The notes below the pieces were generated by a model, which saw nothing but the letters and a program-made list of their open reading frames with translations, was not told the origin of the DNA and made no database searches. A program made the translations under genes and the position numbers. Shown here in pieces: positions 1 to 8,262 of a stretch of 64,000 nucleotides of DNA. Position 1 is the first letter of the stretch. Each line of letters begins with the position of its first letter. The DNA is from an uncultured Alphaproteobacteria bacterium (lineage in GTDB: Bacteria > Pseudomonadota > Alphaproteobacteria > RF32 > CAG-239), in contig CALXWH010000023.1 of the NCBI GenBank assembly GCA_944392315.1, positions 5,991-69,990 of the forward strand, read 5' to 3'.

Positions 1-243
1 ACCGGCAACCATTTTATGCTCGCTTAATTCCTTAATTTCCATATTTTCTAACATCCGACGTGTTTTGTTATCCAGCCCGCCGAAGCGCATTTCCTGCAAT
101 TTATTGGTAATGCGCCAGACATAATATTCCTTGCGGGTGGAAGTTGTCGGTATGTTAAACAGAGCCTCGTAATATTCCTTTAATTCAGGAAATGTGAGCG
201 ACGGGATTTTGCGCAAGTCCACATTTAAATCCACCTTAATCAT
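1..243 (-). CDS. DUF2924-like protein, first 81 codons only (gene runs off the left edge)
   Basis: Open-ended, so absent from the ORF track. ATG at 243 is preceded by GGAGA. Translation MIKVDLNVDLRKIPSLTFPELKEYYEALFNIPTTSTRKEYYVWRITNKLQEMRFGGLDNKTRRML fits the DUF2924 pattern (ELr..w..lF....s.r..L..Ri..kLQE...GGL), a family usually found next to large serine recombinases in integrated elements. Confidence 0.55.
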   Translation of the reverse strand, partial: MIKVDLNVDLRKIPSLTFPELKEYYEALFNIPTTSTRKEYYVWRITNKLQEMRFGGLDNKTRRMLENMEIKELSEHKMVAG

Positions 244-810
244 CGGTTTCTCCTTTTGTGTCTTTTTCTTTGTTTTCTTCTATCAACACCAGAACGGCAC
301 TAAATATTAAATTGATTAAATTATCCATTGGTCACCTCTTGAGTGACATGAACACTCTCTTTTTCGTTATTATCCAGTAAATTAGATACTTTTCCGCCGT
401 TTTCTTGTTCATCAAGCAAAATCATTATCGGAGTTGAGAGAAGTTCAATCAAAGTTTCAAAAGCATTGTCTGTATCCATTGTTTTTTCCTTTCAACAGAC
501 AACACTCCGCAAAATCAAAAAATCGTTCGGCATAATTTGAAAAATTTTTTATGCACACAAAAACAGGGGTTTTGAAGCGCGAACAGTTGGGAATAAAAAG
601 CCTTAGTTTTAAGCCGAATTTGGTCGGGTCTGTCCCGACCAAAAGTATCTTTTTTGGTATCTTTTTTTCTGGTATATCCACAAATTGGAGGGATACGCGA
701 CCAGACCACCGCATAAAAGAGCTCATAAAGTAAATGCATAGAAAACCGGAAAGTGCCTGAAAATAAGGGATATAGAGGGTATAAATTGCGCTAAAATCGC
801 ACCCGAGAAT

Positions 811-848
811 TTAAAACAAAAAAACCTCTTCATCAAGAAGAGGCTTTT
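811..848. terminator. Rho-independent terminator, bidirectional in form; terminates the tRNA(CAU) transcript
   Basis: 7-bp stem CCTCTTC/GAAGAGG (825-831 with 837-843) and a 5-nt loop. It is flanked by an A-run on the left (a T-run on the minus strand) and TTTT on the right. Confidence 0.7.
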
Positions 849-851
849 ATA

Positions 852-928
852 TGGTGGGTCCTGTAGGACTCGAACCTACGACCAGACCGTTATGAGCGGC
901 CGGCTCTAACCAACTGAGCTAAGGACCC
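852..928 (-). tRNA. tRNA with CAT anticodon (elongator Met or lysidine-dependent Ile2), CCA encoded
   Basis: The reverse complement GGGTCCTTAGCTCAGTTGGTTAGAGCCGGCCGCTCATAACGGTCTGGTCGTAGGTTCGAGTCCTACAGGACCCACCA folds as a 77-nt cloverleaf: 7-bp acceptor, GCTC/GAGC D stem, GGCCG/CGGTC anticodon stem, loop CTCATAA, T arm GTAGG-TTCGAGT-CCTAC. Overall it resembles E. coli ileX. G1-C72 pairing argues against an initiator. Confidence 0.9.
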
Positions 929-1017
929 GTCGCCGTCCTTTTTAGGATAGTTATTCTTTTCAGTCAAGAAAATTTTTTGCCTTTATCCACCTTTTTTGTT
1001 TTTTCTTGTTTATCCCA

Positions 1018-2127
1018 TTATCCTTTTATCTCATTACTCTCTGCGTGGCGGTGGGCGCCGATGTAATTTGTCGTCTTATTCCATATCATCTTAAACCCTA
1101 GGGCTACCATGATGCTTATCAGCCAGAATTTGACATAATACCCTATATTCCCGCTCTCTACCGGCAGATGATACAAAATAAACGAGTGGAACATAAATAA
1201 CTCCAAATTTATCTTTTCAAACCACATGAGCGGCTTAATACTCAATAAACGGCTTATCAAACCGTTGCCGAATCCTAAGAGATAAATTATCGGTAATGCC
1301 AGCACGACATAAAAAATACGGTATAACTCCACGCCAAAACTATAACAAAAACTTGCATACACGCCGATAAACACACATTCTAGCACACTCATTTGTAATC
1401 TATCGCGTTGAGTGCTTAAATAGCGATTTATATGCGTGGGGCGGATGAAATATATGCCGGTGATAAAACCTAGTGCATAATTTAAACTCTGAATTATCGG
1501 GTTGGTGTGTAAATCCATAAACACATACGTCGGGTAGTTCAAGATGGTATATTCCAGATATATCCTAATCCCTAACAGGCTTAAAAAACATAGCCACAAT
1601 TTGCCTTTTTCTTCGCTATAACGGCATAACTTCTTTAAACTCGGGGTGATGAAATAGCAAAATATCAGCGAGCTCAAAAACCACGACACATTATTAAACA
1701 TAAATTGCGTCTTTTGAAACCACGCTTGTTGCAAACTTAAATTCAATGTGCCAAACACCAAAATAAACCCCATGCTCTTCATCGCCCAGGTTGGCACAAA
1801 CAAAACTTGCAAGAGAAACGTCGTCACGTGCACCGGATAAAACTTCGGTAATTTGCTTTTGATAATCTCCCAGCCGGTCTTTTCCGGTTTTTTTGCGCTG
1901 TCTTGATAATGATTGTACGCCATGCAAAAGCCCGATAGAATAAACAATATTTCCACCATGCGGGCGCACATATCCCAACTGCCGCCAAAATTCATATGGC
2001 CGAAAACTATCCCGATGACCGCCAAGGCTTTAAGGCCGTTTAGGGGCTTTAGAATATGGCGGATTGGAGGGGCAGTAGTGATTTCGGCAGGGGTTGTAGC
2101 AATAGTGGCTTTTTTCATACGGGGCAT
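1018..2127 (-). CDS. Acyltransferase family 3 (OafA/YrhL-like membrane O-acyltransferase)
   Basis: 369-aa polytopic protein. The N-terminal LNGLKALAVIGIVFGHM motif and roughly 10 hydrophobic segments are typical of PF01757-type O-acyltransferases. Confidence 0.75.
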   Translation of the reverse strand: MPRMKKATIATTPAEITTAPPIRHILKPLNGLKALAVIGIVFGHMNFGGSWDMCARMVEILFILSGFCMAYNHYQDSAKKPEKTGWEIIKSKLPKFYPVHVTTFLLQVLFVPTWAMKSMGFILVFGTLNLSLQQAWFQKTQFMFNNVSWFLSSLIFCYFITPSLKKLCRYSEEKGKLWLCFLSLLGIRIYLEYTILNYPTYVFMDLHTNPIIQSLNYALGFITGIYFIRPTHINRYLSTQRDRLQMSVLECVFIGVYASFCYSFGVELYRIFYVVLALPIIYLLGFGNGLISRLLSIKPLMWFEKINLELFMFHSFILYHLPVESGNIGYYVKFWLISIMVALGFKMIWNKTTNYIGAHRHAESNEIKG

Positions 2128-2359
2128 TTCTTTCTCCGATTATCTCTTTTATTTCTATCTCTTTATATCTCTATCTCTTTGAGCTTGTTGGGGTTATATT
2201 ATCAAAAGGTGTCTTTTCTTGTCAATCAAGTGTTCGGGATGGGGGATATCTTTCTTTAGGCGATATCGTGGCGATATAAAACTTTCGGATAGGTTAAATA
2301 GAGCTTTGGGCGTGATTATATATAGGCGGAAGATGTGGTCTTTTGATTTTGGAGGTCGT

Positions 2360-3328
2360 ATGCCTAAAGTTTCTGTTTTGACGCCGCTCTATCGGCCGCC
2401 TGAGGACTATTTGCGCGAGATGATGGAGAGCGTGCTTCATCAGACGTTTTCTGATTTTGAATTTATCCTCTTAAACGATTGTCCGGAAGATACGGCTACC
2501 GATGAGATTGTCGCATCTTATGGTGACGAACGAATTGTTTATCTTAAAAACGAAACTAATCTCGGAATTGCCGCCAGTCGCAATTTGCTGATTGAAAAGG
2601 CGAAGGGAGAATATTTGGCGGTGGTTGACCATGATGATGTGTCACTTGAAACTCGTTTGCAAAAGGAGGTTAAATTTCTTGATGAGCATCCAAATTGCGG
2701 GGTTGTTTCTTCATGGTATCAAAAAATGTATGGTAAGCGCAACCTGGTGCGCAAAAGGCCGGAAACAAATGCGGAAATTGTGGCGGCGATGAGTGAGGGG
2801 TGTGCGGTTATTCATCCGGCGGCGATGATACGAAAATCAGTCTTAAACCAATTTCATATCCGCTATGAACCGGAATTTTCTCCGGCGGAAGATTATGCTT
2901 TGTTTGCGCGGCTTATCGGCAAGACCGAATTTTATAATTTGCAGGAGGTTTTGCTGCTTTATCGCAATTTTAATGGCAATACATCGCACAAAAAAAGGCA
3001 GCAAATGCGCGAAAATGATGCGAAAATTAAGGCCTTGATTGCTCTGAAACAACAGCGCAAAGCAGAATTGATGCGGCAAATCCGCGCGGTGGAAAATGAA
3101 TTAAAAGGGCTTATTCGGCAGGGGCAAAGGGATATTCTTGCCAAGCGAAAAGAAAGACATCATGATGACGGTTCGGCATGGCGTTTATTTTGGGAGCAAA
3201 TTGCCACTCAACCCGATATCGGGCAGGAGGCTTGTTGTTGGGATATTTGGGATGGGCAGTTCATGACCGGTCGGACTATGGATTATTGGAGCGAAAAATG
3301 GAAGAAAATGTTAAATTTTCGGTCGTAA
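2360..3328 (+). CDS. Glycosyltransferase family 2 with a C-terminal coiled-coil-like tail
   Basis: Internal ATG at 2360 is preceded by GGAGG (2351-2355). MPKVSVLTPLYRPPEDYLREMMESVLHQTFSDFEFILLNDCPED...AVVDHDD is the canonical GT2 N-terminus with a DxD-type motif. The upstream part of the track ORF (from 2219) looks non-coding. Confidence 0.8.
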   Translation: MPKVSVLTPLYRPPEDYLREMMESVLHQTFSDFEFILLNDCPEDTATDEIVASYGDERIVYLKNETNLGIAASRNLLIEKAKGEYLAVVDHDDVSLETRLQKEVKFLDEHPNCGVVSSWYQKMYGKRNLVRKRPETNAEIVAAMSEGCAVIHPAAMIRKSVLNQFHIRYEPEFSPAEDYALFARLIGKTEFYNLQEVLLLYRNFNGNTSHKKRQQMRENDAKIKALIALKQQRKAELMRQIRAVENELKGLIRQGQRDILAKRKERHHDDGSAWRLFWEQIATQPDIGQEACCWDIWDGQFMTGRTMDYWSEKWKKMLNFRS

Positions 3329-5235
3329 CGGTTTGTTATAACGCTAAAAAAGATTTGGAACGGACACTACAAAGTCTGAAATCGCAAACTTATCGCGGGT
3401 TTGAGTGGATTGTGGTGGACGGTGCCTCAACAGATGGCACGGAGGCGTTTTTGAAACATGAAAAAACGGTGACGCGTTTTGTTTCTGAACCCGATAGCGG
3501 TGTTTATAACGCGATGAATAAATCTCTTGATTTGTGTGGTGGGGAATTTGTGATTTTTATGAACGCTGGCGATGAGTTCTTTAACCCGTTTGTTTTAGAA
3601 AAAGCGGCGGAGGCGTTGGCGGAAAATCCGGATTGCTCTTTTCTTTTTGGGGATGCGTGCATTGTGCCTGAAATCGGCAGACCGTTCTTTCGGGAATATC
3701 TGGAACCGATTGGGGTGCAAAATATCTGTCATCAGAGTATTTTTTACAAAAGGACTTTGTTTGCTCAATTCGGGCGGTATGATGAGCAATTTCAAATTGT
3801 GGCCGATTATGATTTTAATTTGCGCTTGTTGATTACGCATCAAATTGTACCGTATCATCTTAATTATCCGATTTGCAAGTTTTATTACGGCGGGCTCTCT
3901 TCAGGGGCTAAATATCTTAAAAAGCAACGGGCGGACAGCTTTCGGCTTAGGCTTAAATGGGGCGAACGTGAAAAATTGTCTGCGTCTACCATCGTTTTAC
4001 TGGATGTGGGTTTTGATGAAGATAAATTCTTGGAAGTTTGGCAAAAATATAATCGTTCTTTTGCTAGGCGGTTGGTCTATCGGGTAGGGGACAGCGCCGG
4101 ATTTTTTTCGGAAATTAACAATATGTTGTTTGCATTGGTTTGGGCGTTTGACCACAAAGTTCGGTTTGAATTATGTTCACGGTTTTCTAATTTGGGCGAT
4201 GTGGGGTGGCAAGACTTCTTTTTGCCGTTTACGGATGAAATGTGCCGTTCTCAATTGATGGGGGTTAATCGGCGCTATTTGCGAAAAGATGATGATGAGG
4301 CCAAAATCGCGCAACTTAAAAAAGAGGAAAAAGTGCAGCTCTTAACGCAGGATGTGTTTCGGAAGTTTTTTGAAAATCGCAACTTTGCCACCAAAGTTTT
4401 TGATTTTCAAGAATTGCAGGTAGCCGGTAATTCTTTTGCGGTTGCCAGAGCTTTTGCTTTGGCTTTGTATCGGCTTAACCGTAAGACTTTAGCGGATATT
4501 CAATCCTTAACTTCCGAACGCTTAGCGGAAGTTTTTGCCAACGGTTGCGTGCGCTCAGTTCCTCCTTCTGAACTCAAAGATGAGGACTTTATTGCCATAC
4601 AAATGCGGGCGGGCGATATTAAAAAAGAATGTTTTTGGCGTAGACAGCCGATTTTGGGGGCGAAACCTTATGCGCAATATATTCGGCAATTCTTTTACGG
4701 ATACGAGAGTGGTTTATTGCCGTGCGCCAAAAAGGTGTTTGTGTTTGCGGATGATTTTCGTTTGGTGCGGCAGTTGGCGTTTTTATTACCCGAATTTCGC
4801 ATTTTTTCACTCTGTACGTCGCTTGAGCGTGGGTTTGACTATGAATGTTTTATGAAACAAGATGACGTCTCAAGGCACTATGGCTTGCTTAAAATTTTGG
4901 CCAACATTGAAATTTGTCGGCGGGCGATGCTCTTTGTGGGCACAAGAGTTTCTAACCCCAGTTGGTTTTTGCGGTTGATTATGCCCGAGAACAAGGTGCG
5001 GTTTGTTGATTGTCAGCGTTTGATGTGGCAGTGGCAATTTGATGAGTTAATGGATGGCGGCGGGGCGCGGATTATTAAAATTGCCGGCGTGCCGATGCTC
5101 AAAATCGTGCGGACGCCGACGAAGATGAAATATAAGCTCTTTTCTGCCTTGCCGCTTTATAAAATCAAACAAAAAGGTATTCGGCGGGTGCATTATCTCT
5201 TTGGCTTCTTACCGATTTGGAGTGCTTCGCTCTAG
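3298..5235 (+). CDS. Two-domain glycosyltransferase: N-terminal GT2 fused to a fucosyltransferase-like (GT11/GT23/NodZ-type) C-terminal domain
   Basis: ATG at 3298 overlaps the end of the preceding gene. FSVVTVCYNAKKDLERTLQSLKSQTYRGFEWIVVDGASTDGT...FMNAGDEF is GT2. The C-terminal half has IAIQMRAGDIKKE (HxRRGD-like motif I) and FVGTRVSNPSWFLRL (terminal S-x-FS-xW-like motif), as seen in bacterial fucosyltransferases. Confidence 0.65.
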   Translation: MEENVKFSVVTVCYNAKKDLERTLQSLKSQTYRGFEWIVVDGASTDGTEAFLKHEKTVTRFVSEPDSGVYNAMNKSLDLCGGEFVIFMNAGDEFFNPFVLEKAAEALAENPDCSFLFGDACIVPEIGRPFFREYLEPIGVQNICHQSIFYKRTLFAQFGRYDEQFQIVADYDFNLRLLITHQIVPYHLNYPICKFYYGGLSSGAKYLKKQRADSFRLRLKWGEREKLSASTIVLLDVGFDEDKFLEVWQKYNRSFARRLVYRVGDSAGFFSEINNMLFALVWAFDHKVRFELCSRFSNLGDVGWQDFFLPFTDEMCRSQLMGVNRRYLRKDDDEAKIAQLKKEEKVQLLTQDVFRKFFENRNFATKVFDFQELQVAGNSFAVARAFALALYRLNRKTLADIQSLTSERLAEVFANGCVRSVPPSELKDEDFIAIQMRAGDIKKECFWRRQPILGAKPYAQYIRQFFYGYESGLLPCAKKVFVFADDFRLVRQLAFLLPEFRIFSLCTSLERGFDYECFMKQDDVSRHYGLLKILANIEICRRAMLFVGTRVSNPSWFLRLIMPENKVRFVDCQRLMWQWQFDELMDGGGARIIKIAGVPMLKIVRTPTKMKYKLFSALPLYKIKQKGIRRVHYLFGFLPIWSASL

Positions 5236-5247
5236 GGCTTTTCGTTT

Positions 5248-6183
5248 CTACTGAACCGTACTTGGAAAATCAGCCTTTATCTCATTATAGGTTGTGGGGG
5301 CGTGTTGTTGCAAATAGCTCAATAGGGCTTTTTTATCTTCTTCTATCGGCAATTTTTCTGTAAACGTGCGGCGTTTTAAGAATTGATTATGATATTCCTT
5401 TATCAGCGTCAGCGGGTATGAATTCGGATCTTCGGATTTGCCAAGCTCGGCTTGCTCGCTGCTGAAATTCGGAATATAACTAACCCATGTGTAACCCAAA
5501 TTTTCTAACATCGGGGTCAATTTTATTTCATATTCGGTAATATAGAGCGAGTGGTCGGGTTGTTTTTTGATGTTGTTCATAAACGTTGCGAACGTTTTGG
5601 AATTGATAACCGGACGGCGAAAGACTAAGAAATAACTTTGCAAATGTTGATTAAACTTCTGATTTTGCGTGTTTCCCCAAAAGTCTACCCCGATATGGCG
5701 CATCTTCTTAAACATTGGGCGAAAACTTTGTAACGGCGCATAGCAGGAATCGTTGGCAAAAATCAGCTCATCCGCGTTTTCAAGCATATGATTGGTTTTT
5801 AACCATTCGTACCCTCGTTTATATGAGCCCCAATCATATTCGCCGTGTCGTTGATATTCGCCATGCAGCACATAAGGGGCGATTTCTTTTTGGGCTTGTT
5901 CGCTTAAAGGGCTGTCGGTGATGTAGACGACACCGCTGCTGATTTCATTTAATTTTTTGATATATCTCTTCACATATGGGGCTAACTCGCCATTGGCGTT
6001 ATAGCCGGCAAAAACCACATATCTTTTCGGGCAGGGGGTTACATAACAAAGTGAGCTTAGGGTTAATATCACTAAAACGCCTATAATCAAAATGCTTTTC
6101 CAACTGATTTTATCGGCGCTGTTGCTGAGCAGTGTTTTGAGGCGGGCTAATCTGATTTTGCTTAAAGTCGGGGTGATTTTCAT
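5248..6183 (-). CDS. Rhamnan synthesis protein F (RgpF)-like polysaccharide biosynthesis protein, membrane anchored
   Basis: N-terminal TM helix. Motifs VVFAGYNANGELAPYVKRYIKKL, EYDWGSYKRG, LIFANDSCYAPL, DFWGNT and HLQSYFLVF match the RgpF/PF05045 pattern. Confidence 0.7.
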   Translation of the reverse strand: MKITPTLSKIRLARLKTLLSNSADKISWKSILIIGVLVILTLSSLCYVTPCPKRYVVFAGYNANGELAPYVKRYIKKLNEISSGVVYITDSPLSEQAQKEIAPYVLHGEYQRHGEYDWGSYKRGYEWLKTNHMLENADELIFANDSCYAPLQSFRPMFKKMRHIGVDFWGNTQNQKFNQHLQSYFLVFRRPVINSKTFATFMNNIKKQPDHSLYITEYEIKLTPMLENLGYTWVSYIPNFSSEQAELGKSEDPNSYPLTLIKEYHNQFLKRRTFTEKLPIEEDKKALLSYLQQHAPTTYNEIKADFPSTVQ

Positions 6184-7121
6184 TCTCTTGCCTCCTTAAG
6201 ATAGGGTGAATTTATCTTTTTTAAGTGGGCGACCAATTCTTTATAGGCTTTCGGATTGTGCTCATTTAACCAATGGAAAACTAAACGGCGCGCGTCTTGT
6301 ACATTTAATCTATCCGTAAAAGTGCGCATTTTCAAAAACGGCGCATGGTGTTTGCCCAACAAAGCCAACGGGTAACAGTTTTTATCGTTTAGCGGTAAAT
6401 AACTCAATTCTTCATACGGAATATAGGCGGTGGATTTGTAACCTAAATTTTCTAAAAATCCGGTGAAAGGAACTTCATAACGATAGGCCACGGTCAGGCC
6501 GTCTTTTTCGGCTTTAACGGCTTGTAGATACCCATAAAACTCTATGCTTTGATATACTTTGGGCGTGAATACCAAAAAGTAACTTTGCAGATGATACATC
6601 CCGTCTTTGTTAGCAGTTATGCCCCAAAAATCGGCTTTTCTTGTTTGCATTTCTTGAAAAATCGGTTTGAGCGTCGGGGCGACCAATAAACTGGAATCAT
6701 TGGCAAATATCAATAACGGTTCTTCTTTTGAGGTTGCTTCGGGGTGGTTGAGCATGCCTTGTTGTTTTAATATCTCAAGGCCACGCTTAAACGAGCCCCA
6801 ATCATATTCGCCATGTCGTTCGGCGATGATTTGGTTTATATACGGTGCAAGCCTTTTTATCTCTCTTCTTTGTATCTTATTATCGGTGATGAAAATTATG
6901 TTCGGCGAGACTTCTTTAAGCGCCTTGAGATAGGTTAGAACGTAGTCTGAAACGCTGCCATCGGCCGAGTAGGCGGCAAATATGGTGGTGGTTTTATCTT
7001 GATTTAGAGGCGTAAGTTCTTGTTTGATGGTCAAGGTTTGATGTTGGTAAGCGTATACCCCGATGATGCCCGTCATCACAACAAGGCCGAAGATGATAAG
7101 TGTCAGCAAGCTTTTGTTCAT
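6180..7121 (-). CDS. RgpF-like polysaccharide biosynthesis protein, tandem paralog of 5248-6183
   Basis: Same architecture and motifs as its neighbour (EYDWGSFKRG, LIFANDSSLLVAP, DFWGIT, HLQSYFLVF). There is a 4-nt overlap with the downstream paralog. Confidence 0.7.
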   Translation of the reverse strand: MNKSLLTLIIFGLVVMTGIIGVYAYQHQTLTIKQELTPLNQDKTTTIFAAYSADGSVSDYVLTYLKALKEVSPNIIFITDNKIQRREIKRLAPYINQIIAERHGEYDWGSFKRGLEILKQQGMLNHPEATSKEEPLLIFANDSSLLVAPTLKPIFQEMQTRKADFWGITANKDGMYHLQSYFLVFTPKVYQSIEFYGYLQAVKAEKDGLTVAYRYEVPFTGFLENLGYKSTAYIPYEELSYLPLNDKNCYPLALLGKHHAPFLKMRTFTDRLNVQDARRLVFHWLNEHNPKAYKELVAHLKKINSPYLKEARE

Positions 7122-7212
7122 TTTGGCTCCTTATCTTTCTTGGGGATATTTTCTCTCGCATAAAAAAATCCCCCAGATGATTTTCTGGGGGATATTATAA
7201 TGTCGCTTTTTA

Positions 7213-8034
7213 TTATTCCGCAACTAAAACCTGACGGCGGCTGTGCATAGCTTCTTCAATAAATTTGATTTGTTCTTGAACCATGCTGTTGTCGGCATAT
7301 TTTTCTTTGGCTTTGGCAACTCTTTCTTCAAACGTACCGTCGTTTGATTTGAAAATATACATATAAGCGCGGGTGACGGATTTGATGGTGTGTTCATCAT
7401 AGCCGCTTCTTCTTAAGCCGACCAAGTTCAAACCTCTTAATTTGCCCCTGTCGCCGGTCACAATTGCAAACGGAATAACGTCACGGCCGATACCGGTCAT
7501 GCCGCCAACCATGGTCTTGCGCCCGATACGGCAGAACTGGTGTACCGCTGAGTTGCCACCTAAGATAACCCCGTCTTCCAAGCGTACGTGGCCGCCGATG
7601 ACCGCGTTGTTGGTCATAATTACATTATCGCCGACAACACAGTCATGCGCAATGTGTGAATTGACCATAAACATGCCGTTGCTGCCAACGCGGGTGATTA
7701 ATTTTTCTACAGGCTCGCCGGCTATCGGGTTTTGCCCCTTTGGGGTGCCGGCGTGCATGGTTACGTTTTCTCTTATCACATTATGTGAACCGATTACCAA
7801 CTTTGCATCCGGTTGAAATTCATTGCCGTGGTCTTGCGGGCCGCCGCCTAAGCATGCGCCCGGAAATATGACGTTTCCTTCGCCTAAGGTTGTATCACCT
7901 AAGATGGTGACGCGAGCAATTAATTTGTTATGTGCTCCGATTTTGGCGCGGCCGGAAATGTAGCAGAATGGTCCAATTTCAGCGGTTTCATCTATTTGTG
8001 CGCCGTCTTCAACAACTGCAGAAGGATGTATCAT
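7213..8034 (-). CDS. lpxA: UDP-N-acetylglucosamine O-acyltransferase
   Basis: MIHPSAVVEDGAQIDETAEIGPFCYISGRAKIG... shows hexapeptide (left-handed beta-helix) repeats followed by the helical LpxA C-terminal domain (GLNLVGLRRSGY). The chosen start, ATG 8034, has GGAGA upstream; the track ORF start at 8145 adds a non-homologous basic extension. Confidence 0.85.
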   Translation of the reverse strand: MIHPSAVVEDGAQIDETAEIGPFCYISGRAKIGAHNKLIARVTILGDTTLGEGNVIFPGACLGGGPQDHGNEFQPDAKLVIGSHNVIRENVTMHAGTPKGQNPIAGEPVEKLITRVGSNGMFMVNSHIAHDCVVGDNVIMTNNAVIGGHVRLEDGVILGGNSAVHQFCRIGRKTMVGGMTGIGRDVIPFAIVTGDRGKLRGLNLVGLRRSGYDEHTIKSVTRAYMYIFKSNDGTFEERVAKAKEKYADNSMVQEQIKFIEEAMHSRRQVLVAE

Positions 8035-8262
8035 ATTTTTTCTCCATATCAAAATTATTACTGGTTCGGATGTTAACAAAATTCCTTTATGATGTAAAGC
8101 AGATTTTATTTTTCTTGGCGCTTTTTTTAGCCTTTTTGCAGTCAAAATTTATTACGATTTGTTGCGGGGCTTGTTGCCTGTGGATAATGTTAATTGTATG
8201 ATGTATTTTCTGTATTTGTTGTTATTTTGGATGCATTGCAATCTTTATTTATGTGAGTGGTT

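Larger units (their letters stand above)
1..850. mobile_element. Probable terminal part of an integrated element inserted at the 3' end of the tRNA(CAU) gene
   Basis: A DUF2924-like gene is followed by ~600 bp without a convincing CDS. The region directly abuts the 3' (CCA) end of the minus-strand tRNA at 852, which is the classical geometry for tRNA-targeting integrases. The integrase itself would lie outside the window. Confidence 0.4.

Noticed and set aside
457-739. Three overlapping 60-89-aa ORFs on both strands
   Set aside because: They have no SD sequences, overlap one another and span a strong hairpin (620-642). I treated them as non-coding DNA at the end of an integrated element.
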